Below are positions 52,023 to 64,000 of a stretch of 64,000 nt of DNA, one piece after another; positions within the stretch are counted from its first letter, which is position 1; each line of letters opens with the position of its first letter. The notes beneath the pieces were generated by a model. That model was not told the origin of the DNA and did not search any database. It saw only the letters and a program-made list of their open reading frames with translations. Origin of the DNA: Bugula neritina (lineage: Eukaryota; Animalia; Bryozoa); contig OZ037772.1 in the NCBI GenBank assembly GCA_964035545.1, forward strand, positions 9,541,150-9,605,149, written 5' to 3'. Position numbers and translations under genes: made by a program.

Positions 52023-52847
52023 ATATCTGCCTTTTTAACTCTAAAATTTCAACAAATATTGTTTAAAAGCATATTATTTCTTGTAAGAGAAGCAGAAAGA
52101 CAAAAATGTACATCACTATCTAGTAGAAAGGTAAACTGGTGTTTAATTTTGTTATTTACCAATGTATTTTCACTATTATAGTTAATTGAACAACCATTAC
52201 AAGCATCTTTTATGATGAAAAAATAGTATTATTTGGGTACAATTTTTTCCTTCAAGTTCTAAAAGTTCAAACTCCATTCATCCAACTATAATATGAGATG
52301 TCAGATTTTCTAGACTCATTTATCACACCCTGCTCTAGAAAACACCTATTCCTAATACTCATTAGTCACAAACTACGGGCAGTCTTCTGTATGTCTTAAA
52401 CTTTGGTAAAGATCTTGGGCTAAAGTTGCAGAGGTGGGGGAAAAGACTTTATAATAAGGGTAATGCTGTGGTCTTTTGTATAATAAGTGTCTAATAAATC
52501 AAATTGTACAGTCGTTAGAAGAGGCAGAACGCCTTTAGTCTATAAAGGATTAAGGATTAAGTATAGAACCAGATTTTCCGTAGTACCAAATGTCGTGTTC
52601 TCAGTTAGTAGCAGTGAATAATGGCCGATGTATGAATGCAAAATTTGCGAGAGTTTATAATTGCAACTGCAAAGAGGATTTTTAAGCTTACTATGAATTT
52701 GTTTCCTATCAGAAAAGATGAGGAACTATGACCTATGCTTGCACATGTATATAGCAAGTTTTAGAGAAAAGAATTAACACGAATAATATTATAAAATAAA
52801 AGGTCAAAACTTGTTATCCAAAGCACACATAAAAAACCTCACAAAAT

Positions 52848-53052
52848 TCTATAGTTGTCCTCCTTGTGAGAAAATCCCTGATGGAAGGGTTAGTTGTTAA
52901 ATCGGGCTAAAGACTTATTCAGATGTGGCACAGGAGCAAGTATGACTGGATGTTCTTTTTAATATGACCAATGGCCTTTGTCCAGGTTCAAACTCATAAC
53001 ATGCATGGTGTTTACTAGGCAAACGCTCTAACCCCTAGACCACTGCTGCTTC
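52848..53052 (-). mobile_element. SINE family 1 copy
   Basis: GGCACAGGAGCAAGTATGACTGGATG...TTTACTAGGCAAACGCTCTAACCCCTAGACCAC. Confidence 0.78.
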
Positions 53053-53214
53053 CCGATATCCAAAGCACATAATTATAATGATGCCAATAATAAAAAAAAT
53101 TTATCTACTAAAAACTAAGGGATAATTATTTGGCTATAGAGAGAATGATTAGTTATATTCATTGTGATTTCATCAGACTAGCATTACTAGAACTGACAGT
53201 GACTGGATTAATAG

Positions 53215-53370
53215 TAACTTGACTAGCAGTAATTACTTGACTAATAGTAGTGTGACTAGCAGTAACTTGACTAATAGTAGTGTGACTAATAGTAGTGTGA
53301 CTAATAGTAGTGTGACTAATAGTAGTGTGACTATAGCAGTAACTTGATTAGAGGTAACTTGACCAATAGT
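53215..53370. repeat. 15-bp tandem repeat (GACTAATAGTAGTGT)n, degenerate
   Basis: Direct reading. Confidence 0.85.
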
Positions 53371-54577
53371 AAGCAGACAAACTAGGACTAGCATTCATTC
53401 ACTCTGTTACAGTTGCTTTACTAAAACAGGCCAGATTTTCATCATCTGATGGTCAGAGATTGCACAAACTTGTCAGTTTTTGAATATATTACCATATTTA
53501 TTAAACGTAATGAATTGGCATATGTAACCTATTAAATAGATGCATTCGAATTTGATGAGGAAAAAATTTGCCTAAAAGAAGTAGTGGTTGGGATAGAATG
53601 CTTTCATCAGCAGGATTCACCTTGCATGCAGCCAATTTTACTTCTATAGGGCACTAGGGCACTTGATTTGTATGAAGATGCTCATTAATACTGAAGCTTC
53701 ATTAAAGCTGAGTATATATGCTAGTGCCCACTTTTTGAACACATCCGTAAAAGTAGTTTAACCACGTAGTTTCCAGTTTCCATGTCCTGTTTCATATCCC
53801 TATAGCAAATGAAAGACTGAAAGAGAATAGAAATTTTCAAAGCTGGGAACAAATTTCTTAGGGAAATAAGCATCATTTATCACCAATTTTATGTAGGGGT
53901 TTGGAGCAAAACAAGATCTATTTAGAACAACAAACAGACAAAGATCACTTTATGTAAAACTAGAAGATTAGCCCGTCTGTTGAAAATTCAGTTGTAATTT
54001 GATTATATTTTCATATTTACACACACACCTGGTGAATGATTTTTGAGCTAAAGAATGCCTTTGTTACTAAATTTAAAACAAACTTGCAATTATGGCTACA
54101 AAGCTTATGTTTGAACTAGCCACTAAAATGGGCCAGAACTTAGAACTTTATTCTTTCAAGCAAATTAGGTGAATTAGTTTTAAAGATCTACTGATGTACT
54201 TGTGCTATAGATTAAATAGTAGGTTGCTAAGTTAGTTTTAAAACAATTAACTTAGAAATTAACTGCCTCATTGTTTGGTTGGCAAAACACTCAGTTGTGT
54301 GAATCCTAAGCTGTTTTTCTGACTCTATATAGGTTTAAAATCTCACCATCTTAAATTAAGTATACATCACTTGCTGTCAGAATTTCCTTTCATGAGCTTA
54401 ATTTATATTAAAAATATTTGCTATGTTATTAAAAGTGTAGTTAAAGTTAACTTACGCATGCTACAAAAATAGTATTTCAGCTCAACAACTTAAGTTATAG
54501 CTTGAACAGGTTTGTGCAAAGTAAGTTTGGACAGGTTATAGCAGCAATAATAAAGCAAGTTTTCAGTTTGTGACACA

Positions 54578-54850
54578 TCATAGCAGGTTCCTGCAGGCTA
54601 CGGCATGTTGTAGCTGGTTGTTGCAGACTGGCAAGTTGTAGCAGGTTCCTGCAGGCTATGACATGTTGTAGCTTGTTGCTGCAGATCGGCAAGTTGTAGC
54701 AGGTTCCTGCAGGCTATGAAATGTTGTAGCTGGTTGCTGCAGACTGGCAAGTTGTAGCAGGTTACTGCAAGCTATGACTAGTTGTAGCTTGTTGCTGCAG
54801 AGTGGCAAGTTGTAGCAGGTTACTGCAAGCTGTGACAAGTTGTGGCAAGT
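54578..54850. repeat. Minisatellite, about 58-bp unit, 4-5 copies
   Basis: GGCAAGTTGTAGCAGGTTCCTGCAGGCTATGACATGTTGTAGCTGGTTGCTGCAGACT repeated. Confidence 0.9.
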
Positions 54851-57204
54851 TCTTTATTTTGGATACTTCTAAAAACAGATAATTTTGAGAGAAATCCAAA
54901 GTTGTTGTATTTTCTTAATCTGTTATTTCAGTAGCTAATAGTATACGAGTCAAAACCAGGCATCTTACAGACACTGGGCTTGTGAGAAACCTCATGTCAC
55001 ACTATACCATTTCTGTGATTTCAAGCTTATAAGTCTCTGCTCTCACCATTACCAATCAGGCTTTTATGGAAGCTATGATTGTGTACAAATATATAGCAGA
55101 TAGATTTCACTTTTACTCAACTCTAAAAGCACTGGACTAAAACCAAATGAATTGCCAAAAAACTGTAGACTATGAAATCAATATGTTATTGTTTTTCTAA
55201 TAGTTATTATTGCAAGTATCCCATTTCTTATAGCTGTTTAAAACCATATGATTTAAGAAAAGACAAACAGTGGCATATAAATTCCTCTGTTTAGAATCAG
55301 ATAAAGTGCGTTTAGACTGTCTTGGAATCCATTCAATGTGACACTTGGGAGTATGCAAATTGATGAATATATTACTGTTTTATTTTTAGAACAGTACAAA
55401 CCGATATAGCTTTTTTAGTTAGAACTGTAAGTTATGATCTTTTAAACATTTGTAGTTCGGTATATATGGGCAAAATAAATGTAATGGATTTGCACACATG
55501 CATGTATGCTCATTGTTTTGAATTTCTTATCACAAGTGACAAAAATATATTTTAAATAGCAAAAAGAGCATTTTTGTTAATATCTTGTCTGATATCAATA
55601 GGCCTTTTACATTGAAAAAAATGGCCAGATTTTAGTGAAAACTCAAAAAAGTTTTCCAAAAGATGGTGAATCACCCGGTAAAATGCGCACCGGTTATAAG
55701 AGCTATAAATCACGCCTCTTAGTACTAGCTTTAACTAGTAAAAACATTCACACTGACTAACTCAACTTTGGTTACGGCAACTAACCATAATCATGCCGTA
55801 ATAGGTGCAGTCTGAACAATTCTAACGCAATTTGCTACCGCAGCCACTTCCTGTTTTTCCTTAAAAAACAGCCACACCCAGAATTCAATTACCAAAACTA
55901 CACAACAATTAATTAATTTGCTCTTTAACATCAGTTTTACAAATTGAAAATAACCTGAATAATGCAATTATAAATAATGAAGATACTAAAAAATAATGAG
56001 TGCAGTTAAGTTGAACAAAATACCATCTTTTAGAAACAGGTTTTGCTACAAAATTAAGTGATATCATTGGAAATAAATCGAAATCTAGATCGTTTTTCAA
56101 ATTAACTATTATACATCTTGTTTATATGAGCACATTCATAAAAAATTAGTAAGCAGAGTATTGCTTGGTTACACTGTATTCCAGGAAAAAACCGGTTAAT
56201 AGATTTTACCTGCAGCTGTAACAAACTCATCAAGTGAATTAGTTGTATGCAATTAGTTATTTATAACCTATGAGCTAGAGCTCAGGTTTCAGTAAAATTT
56301 TTTATTTTCTGCATATGACAGGTTTAAAAATTTTTTTAATTCAGTTTCTTAACAGCAAAAAAATAAGCAAATTTTAAAGTTTAACCAAATAAAAGTTGTT
56401 TCCTGACATAAAATGCAATAAACAGTTGAAATCTACATTATTAGACTTAATTTGCTTTTAAGATGTATTAGTTTTTGGTACATAAAATTTATTTATATCT
56501 TCTTTAACTACTATTTTCAACTAAAAAAATATATAAACAGGTTATTAGGCAATTCAGCTTTTTTCTTTTAAATTTTTGAATTGAAATAAAAAGAACTAAC
56601 ATTCAGTTAACGTTTTCTCTTACATATAGTATCAATGAAAAAAGTTGAGATTTGCTTAAAGTTATTCAAAGAAGACTCAAGTCAAAATGAACAGCTGAAA
56701 ATATGTCAAGCTACAAGCTGCTTAGCATGATTATATAGCAAGTTTATAACACTTTACAGCATTCAATCTCAATTTGAAGTCACCCAAATGCTGGCTTGCT
56801 CACTACCAGTTGAGTACTGAGCAAGTTGCATCCAAGGTTATAGGGAAAAGAAATTTCCCAGATTTATTCATTAATTTCCTTGTACATGGAATAATTTAAA
56901 CTGATAATTTGAGTTTGCGCGCCAATCAAGATCATTATTATACAATTTCCTTTTAAAAATTAAATTGTATTGGTGGTTTGTTAGACTCTCAGAGTTATAT
57001 ACTTGCCAATTCAACATTGTCTTGTCCTCAAATAAGCATCATTTGACAATAATATAAAGACTATAATAATGACAAAATAAGTTTTTTGTACAATGAACAA
57101 TGCTACAGGAAACAAATCATTCAACAAATAAACATTTTTGTGAAACTTATGGCTTTCAGCATCTGCTAAAGTTTAAAAATTGCTTACAAAAAAAACATAC
57201 GAAA

Positions 57205-57400
57205 GTTTAGAGTCACCATTCCTGTGATAAAACCCCTGATGAAAAGGTTTTTTGTTAAATCGAGGTAAGGACTTGTTTAAATGAGGCACAGTAGTAATTA
57301 TGACTGGGTGCTCTTCCTAACATCACCAATGGCCTTTGTCGAGATTTGAATCTATGACTTCGTGTTCACAAAGCAAATGCTCTAACCCGGGACTGCGGCT
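57205..57400 (-). mobile_element. SINE family 1 copy
   Basis: ATTATGACTGGGTGCTCTTCCTAACATCACCAATGGCCTTTGTC. Confidence 0.75.
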
Positions 57401-57849
57401 TCTTCTTATAGAAATTGTCTACAAAGATGCTTGTAAACTTGGAGTCTAGCCTATTTGTGAAAATCAACATTATTTAACAACTTTCATTTAGGACATACCT
57501 CACGCTAACTATAAAAATAATGAAGAAAGTTATTAAGGTAGCTGCGTAGATTGTGATGGGAAACAGGTTAACGTAACAATCACCATAATTGTTATGTTGT
57601 AAAAGCTGAAGTGTTATTTCATGGCTTGGAATTTCAATAAGCTTTATAATAGAATAAATTTTGATTTATTATAGTATTATATTAGTCTTTTTATCTAAGT
57701 TTTGCAATACATTATCTTTAGAAAATTTGAGTGTGAATTGAGTTTTGAAGATGCGAATGCATAAAAAGCTTGATTTCTACAATGTGGAATACAAACTGCA
57801 TCTGCGATAAGAAATTTTAGGTTAATCACAGGAATATTTCACAGTTATA

Positions 57850-60080
57850 TAGCCAATGTTATATGAGCATACAGGGAGACACTCTACAGAGAGGCACGTA
57901 CTCCATCTAAACACATATATGGAGTTTTACCTGCACATATGTATGTTATAACGCCAATAAAACTGCACTGATGGGAAGTATATATTGGTTGTTGTGTCGC
58001 ACAAAGTACTCTAATTTACAGCATGAGTTTGGTAGATGGTACAACTGATAACCGGTAAAGTTATTGTAATTACTAACCGATTCATTTTACCTGGCAACGT
58101 TGTTTGTCAACGATTCATTTGGTTACAGTTGGCTGATCTAGCATTTGTCATGTAGATGATTTATTACGAAAGCAGTACCTTACCGCTAATGGAAGCCGTA
58201 GCTAGAATTGTAAATTGTTTGTTGAAAATTAGGTAGGGGTGGATGCAGACTGGGGATTAAAACTGTAAAGGTGGGAAAAGGTTACGGCAAAATTGTTGCC
58301 AAAGCAGGCTTAGTAGTACTTTTAATAATTTCTCATCGGTTCACAAAAATATTTCAAAGTAGTAGAATGGTTACATTATATTCCAATGAGAGAAAACTGT
58401 GGTAAGTTCCAACTTCTTAAGCAGTTAGGGGTTTTATACGCTCCTGATGGTAAAGGCATTTAGTTTTTGCTTTGCCCTGCTTGGTACTTCATCCATGACT
58501 TGGGCAATGATTTCAGCCCTAGTGCATTTCCATTTACCAATAGAAAACAGTTGGGTTGCCACGTATCCAGTGATTTGGCAATGCTGTAAATGGTAAGCTT
58601 AAGTTAGTGACGTTGGTGTGGTTTACCACAGGATAAGTCGTTGGCGCTTAAACCTTTTAATCTCAGAACTCTCCTTCATTCTGTGCCGGCAACCCGAGAG
58701 AGACGGATGGATCCAGACCAGTTACGTTTCTAACAACCCTCCAACTGGAATTTGGTGAACTATCAACTCTCAGTAAGTCTATATGTTTGGTAACATACGT
58801 TGGCTTAGTTCAACAGCTAAAAAGATCAACATTTGGAACGACAGCCAAACATTGATTGTCCAAACGCAATTCTTGGTTATCCAACAACTCACAAGAACTG
58901 TGTATGGACATCAGTTATTGGAATGTCCACATCTACCAGAAATAGAAAGATATACAACAGAAACAGATATTGTTACCCGGTAGGGATCAAGTATAACTAT
59001 TGCAACAAATTTCATATATTATGGTTAACGATAAATCAGATACTTTAAAAAATAAGTCAATATATAATAACTATTATATTATATATATATTATGTTGATT
59101 AGCTTGAATTTTGGATTTACTGTTTTTGAATGATTAGTATTAAAAGGCGTAGTGTAAGCGGTTTAAAGAGGATAATTGCTTAGGTGCTTTATCATAGTAT
59201 ACCATCTCAAGATTTAGTTAAATATCCTATGTACATTGCATCATCAGAAAAATCGTTTTATTTTCACTGATTTATAAATTGTCATCTGTTGAATGTATAC
59301 TACAAACATCAAACAATTTGAAAACTATTATGTGATTTGTATGTTACAAACTGTAGTGAACTGAAATTTGAATGATAATATTACTTAGAATACAAACTAT
59401 ATAATATATTATGTGCTATAGATATTTAAAGGTTCACCTACAAATATTATCGCTAGAAGTTGTATGACTAATCCTAAAGGTCGAACAACAGGAACTCCTA
59501 GCAACAGATGACCTGCACAAAATATCTATTGTTATTCGTATACCAATAACCATAATATAAAATATAACGTCATTGAGGAGAGTATAGATGCGTGCATGCC
59601 TAGAGTTGGTCACAAGGTTATATAGCTACATGCCATTTACTTCAGAGCTACAGTACCAACAGCTGCATCAAATGGTTAACTATAAGGTGAATCACCATAT
59701 TGCATCATTCAGTTTGCCTATGATCTGCGCATTTAACGGGAAATGAGATGGCAAAAAATCTAGTGCTGAAATCACAAATTGGAACAGTCTAGAATAATAA
59801 TAGCACAGTGTGCACGCAGTTCTCCTTGCCGAGATGATGGTAGATCATTTATCAACTTTTATGTAAATTTGAACGGTTTGACCACTTCTCTATGAAAAAG
59901 AACCTTAAAGCAGTAATTGACTGGAGCATAAGTTTTATAATGTTTGACTTTACCTGAATGCAACTGAAGCTTTTGCTATGTTGAAAAGGCCGTGAAAGTT
60001 GTCACTCTCAATTTAGATGTCCAACACTACAGCTACAAGTGGTAGACGTGAATAACGGGTCAGTGTATTTGAAAAGCTAT
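57850..60080. mobile_element. Possible highly degraded LTR-retrotransposon-derived sequence
   Basis: GC-richer patches without ORFs; a frameshifted LDT(G)AT...KWK.LGL protease-like trace on the minus strand near 58510-58580; a TEAFAMLK trace (RT/RNaseH connection-like) on the plus strand near 59963-59986. Confidence 0.25.
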
Positions 60081-60792
60081 AATGCAGATGGTATACCATG
60101 CATGCATTACATATGTATAACGTTATAGCTTCCACTTGTTGAAACTATAGCTATAAAGACTATCTGCTATTCAGCCTCGCATAGCTGCAGACAAGAAAGT
60201 TACTGTCAGTTCAAAAATTAATGTTTGACTTGCAGAGTGTACTAATTTTAGCCATTTATTGCATTTATACTGAAGTTTTCAAAACATGTTTTATTGAAGC
60301 AAGAATGGTGTTTTTATTTTGCAACTAAAAATCTTTTCATAATACCAATAAAAAAGAGCATGTTACGATTGTTAATTCTACAATTAGGTTTTATACAGTC
60401 ACAGTAACTATTACAATACAGTTGGTACAAGTACTTGAAATTATAAATTTATACGTTTCCTTTGATAAAAGGTCAAACAGAGTTCACCAAAGCTAGTCGG
60501 TTTAGTCTGCATTTAGTAGGTCAATACTCGTAACTATTCATTTTAATATACATACAAGGTTTTATTTTTGACAGTAAAATAGGTTTGCGTTCAGGGAACA
60601 TTGTACAGCCTGCTTAAACATTTAGCAGATTAAAGGGACAAAGTTCGGGATAATCTGACATTCTGAGAGACACTGGGTGCAGGTGGTTGCCACATGTGCG
60701 CAGGTGTTTCCAAGTGAATCAGTAGACGATGTGACTGGATTAAGAACATCGTACGTTAGTTTGTGTTTTTTATGCTACATGGTGTTTTATGG

Positions 60793-60935
60793 GAGCAGCC
60801 TTGGCCTAGGGGTTAGATCTTTTGCCTAGTAAACTACGAAGTCATGGGTTCAAACCTGACAATTTAGCCGGATTTAACAAAAACCCTATTCTATCAAGGG
60901 TTTTCTCACAGGGATGGTGACTTGCATGAGTTTTT
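60793..60935 (+). mobile_element. SINE family 1 copy lacking the central domain
   Basis: GAGCAGCCTTGGCCTAGGGGTTAG...GGTTCAAACC joined directly to the 3' TTAGCCGG...TCTCACAGGGATGGTGAC segment. Confidence 0.7.
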
Positions 60936-63365
60936 TATGGTGTAAATATATGTGGGTGGTTCTGCCAACTAAAGCCACATTATTATGGCTTATATATATT
61001 AATTATGTAAATAGTCGTATTAAATATCAAATATACAATATAACATTGTTTTAAAATTGGAAGTCATCTTCTCATTATTATTATTGCATTTATGAGTCAT
61101 TATATAAACAATGGTATATATAGTGATATCATTTTAAAAGTATTTAACTACAGAATACCAATCTTTAATTTTTTCACAAAAATATTTCATCAATTAAAAT
61201 AATTACCATTATAGGAATAATGATCAAAGCATTTCTTGGAAACTAGGGGTGTAACAAGTGTTAAGTTAGTAACTGTAGCGAATTAGCTTTAATTTTGGTA
61301 TAACAGCATTTCATAGTTCTTAGAATAGCTTCAGTTCTGTGATAAACAGCAGGGGTTTCATGCGACCGTCTTTCTAACTATTGAGACTATTGGTGTTTTT
61401 GGTAATGTGCCAAAGGGCACACAACTTCTCCTGATGTTAGTAAGTTACAAGCAACAGTAAAAAATTACCGGTACATGCAGAATAAAAAAGGTATTGGAAA
61501 TAAGACACACTGAAATACCAAAAACCAGTACAACAGTCACTCCATTTATCATTATTAGTTTCAAATTATCTCCCCACTAGAGATCTGGGTAAGACAAATC
61601 CACAAATCATGCTTTGTGTTTGTTAGCTCCCAGGTGAAACTCATGCAGGGACTTTCAAGCTATTCATTTCTGAGGATTTCTAGATGCAGCACAGAAGTTG
61701 GAATAGCTGAATGCAGTATAATATTTGCATAAACAACATTGACTGAACTCTAAACCTTAACCTTGAAACCCTCTATAACGTTGCACTGCATCAAGTAATA
61801 TCCTAAGTTTTCCTAGTAGGTAGCTGTTTAATTTTATCTAATCTAAGACAAAGGAAATAAGTATTTGAGTATATAATCTTTCAGTCAGTATTTTCTGTAA
61901 TAAGTTGCTACTTCTATTTTGATAATTTTCTGCAAAATTCTTAAAATGATTTTGTAATATATACTGAAACGATGTATCTGTTGAGAAAACTCCAAAATAT
62001 AAATAAGATAGACCATTAGAATTAACTCTAAATATATTTTAGTTTTTCTAAACCATTGAATACAACATTGCACTTTTTTATATACTTATACATGTATGAT
62101 GAATAAAGATATCTAAAATCTAAAAATACTCATGTCATTTCCAACAAGTAGGCATGAAAGGCAAAAAACTCTTAAAAATTTCCACATACAATATGATTGC
62201 TGCTTCTATTAGTGTGAAGGAATAGATGTTATTATTGTAATCAACCCTAAACTACTTTCAAATGAGTTATTTACTAATCCTAATTAATTAGGTCTTTCAC
62301 CCTGGGAGCAGCTGCAGGTTGTTTTAAGGTTGAATGGAGTCACAATTTATAATAAATCATGCAAGTTGCAACCAAAATTATGTTAACTGAAGCCTATATA
62401 ATAATATATTGTATGCTGTGACGTGTAGTTTCACTAAAGGTGGACCTGCATGGCATTTGAATTTCTTACTTGTTAAAATATGTATTGATGTATATAGATA
62501 AATAAATAAATAAATATATGTGTGTGCTCGTATGTGTGCTTGCGTGTGTGTGCATGAGCTTGTTTCGGCTAGCATACATTGGTATAAATGTTAGTTTATT
62601 TTATATTGTAGCAGGGCTTTGTCAACAACGCAGTAAAAAGAAAACAACTCCTTCAACTGTTATACATACTTTGATTATCATGCTTTCACTTCATTGTCAG
62701 ATAGAAACATTGAACTATAATAGTTTCAGTTCAGTGGATAGAAATGCTAACTGCAGCATTTTGCATTGTGCAAGGGCCACAACTCTTGAGATTTCTGATT
62801 TGCATTGTTATACTTTCGTATTACTATAATCGCAAAACACATTTTCACAGCACCAGTCATTATCATGGTGCAATCCTACAGAGTTTTTTCCTCGAACAAA
62901 TTTGCACGTGATGTTTTACCATAATTAAACATTATTTATTAAACATATAGAATTCAATATACAGTATCTACATAGCTACAATTGAAATGCTAATAGAGTA
63001 TACAACTCCAAATTACAAAATTGTAAATCAAAAAAGATGTAAACTAGTAAAGGTAAGCCAGCGTTTTACTCTACAAAGCAGTAAAATTTACATAAAAATT
63101 GGAAGACAACAGACTGCAAAATAAAACATAACATTACATTAGAACAGAAAGAATATTGCTAGAAGCAGCACCAAGTTGTAGGTGACCGAGTACAGTATTT
63201 CTATACACATTATTGTTTATGATCCAAATCTCTACCCACTTCACCCTGTGACCACAACCTAAGTGATCTCTCAAAGGGTTTTCCCGTGCATAAAATGATA
63301 AGTGACAAGTAGGGGCGTGGTTTCACCTAACCACACTGCCCAGCAGATATATTGCAGAAACCAGG

Positions 63366-63539
63366 CTAGCTTTTCTTGAGCACTGTGTAGGGCACCTTGG
63401 TGAGGTAGTCATAGAACGACCAGCTGGTTGTCAGGGAAGTCACGCCCCACAGGAAGTGTAGTCCTGGGTGATTCACATAGTCAAATACAGGAGCTCCGCA
63501 GGTAGCTGTCAGTAGTAGTAGCTGTACATTTGTGTTTAC
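63366..63539 (-). CDS. CRLS1: Cardiolipin synthase (CMP-forming), last coding exon; the rest of the gene lies beyond the right edge
   Basis: After the acceptor TTGCAG the exon reads VNTNVQLLLLTATCGAPVFDYVNHPGLHFLWGVTSLTTSWSFYDYLTKVPYTVLKKS*. This matches the C-terminal pattern I recall for animal CRLS1 (SK-VNTxVQLxLVxxxLxAPVFxY...L..LW..T..TT..S.Y.Y). Confidence 0.82.
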   Translation of the reverse strand, partial: VNTNVQLLLLTATCGAPVFDYVNHPGLHFLWGVTSLTTSWSFYDYLTKVPYTVLKKS

Positions 63540-64000
63540 CTGCAAGTGAATGCCACAACTACATTTAAATAAGAGAAATAGTGATGATCAAAAAGTCGCA
63601 GAGTTGAACTTAAAAGGAAAACTATCCATCTTGTGACTGTGAAACGTATAATAGCAATCAGTAACTTTTTGATATTATAAGAAAACATAAAATTTAGTGA
63701 TATTAATCTTCATGAAAAAATAGACAATAATCATATTAAAGAGATGAGATATTCCAAGCCTGGAGAGCAAAACAGTGCATGCTTATGCCATGTGATTGCT
63801 ATAGTAAGAAAAAATATTTATATTTACTCTTTGGATGCCATTAATTCCAATTTTACGCTGTCGTTCCTTAGTTTAGTGATTCAACTATTATGTTTATGCT
63901 CAATCATTTATCAATATCCATACATGTAAGAAAGTTTCACAATTTTATACAAGCAGTGCTTTCCTGGACAATCTGAAACATTACTACATCAGCTAAAACT

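Noticed and set aside
54495-54838. Cys/Gln-rich repeat ORFs
   Set aside because: They arise from a ~58-bp minisatellite whose unit is not a multiple of 3; the frames are interrupted.
55670-55880. GC-richer promoter-like patch with an ETS-like CACTTCCTG motif
   Set aside because: No associated exon or gene could be identified; the motif alone is insufficient.
57234-57270. Additional hammerhead cores at other CTGATGA sites (e.g. 1873, 18061, 57235)
   Set aside because: None is followed by a stem II and GAAA...UH in the right geometry.

Overview
AT-rich, intron-rich animal genomic DNA, probably from an invertebrate (inferred from gene content and repeats; species not determinable). (1) 1-22455, minus strand: the 5' part of a hemicentin gene (signal peptide, VWA domain, about 10 tandem Ig domains). 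I rebuilt 29 coding exons with mutually consistent splice phases, and the gene runs off the left edge. (2) 27934-40364: three 4-exon paralogues encoding secreted PAN/apple + F-type lectin (fucolectin-like) proteins in alternating orientation (-,+,-). The first two lie in the arms of a ~9 kb inverted duplication bounded by (TA)n tracts. At its exact axis is a perfect 207-bp palindrome carrying two head-to-head minimal hammerhead ribozyme motifs of the Penelope-like type. The paralogues differ mainly in the predicted sugar-binding loops and share near-identical framework tracts. (3) 42061-45315: a small PAN-domain gene and beta-propeller-like exon fragments. (4) 45.7-61 kb: repeat-rich intergenic DNA with tRNA-derived SINEs, minisatellites and degraded retroelement-like sequence. 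(5) 63366-63539, minus strand: the last coding exon of cardiolipin synthase (CRLS1), missed by the ORF track. All alignments and translations were done by eye.
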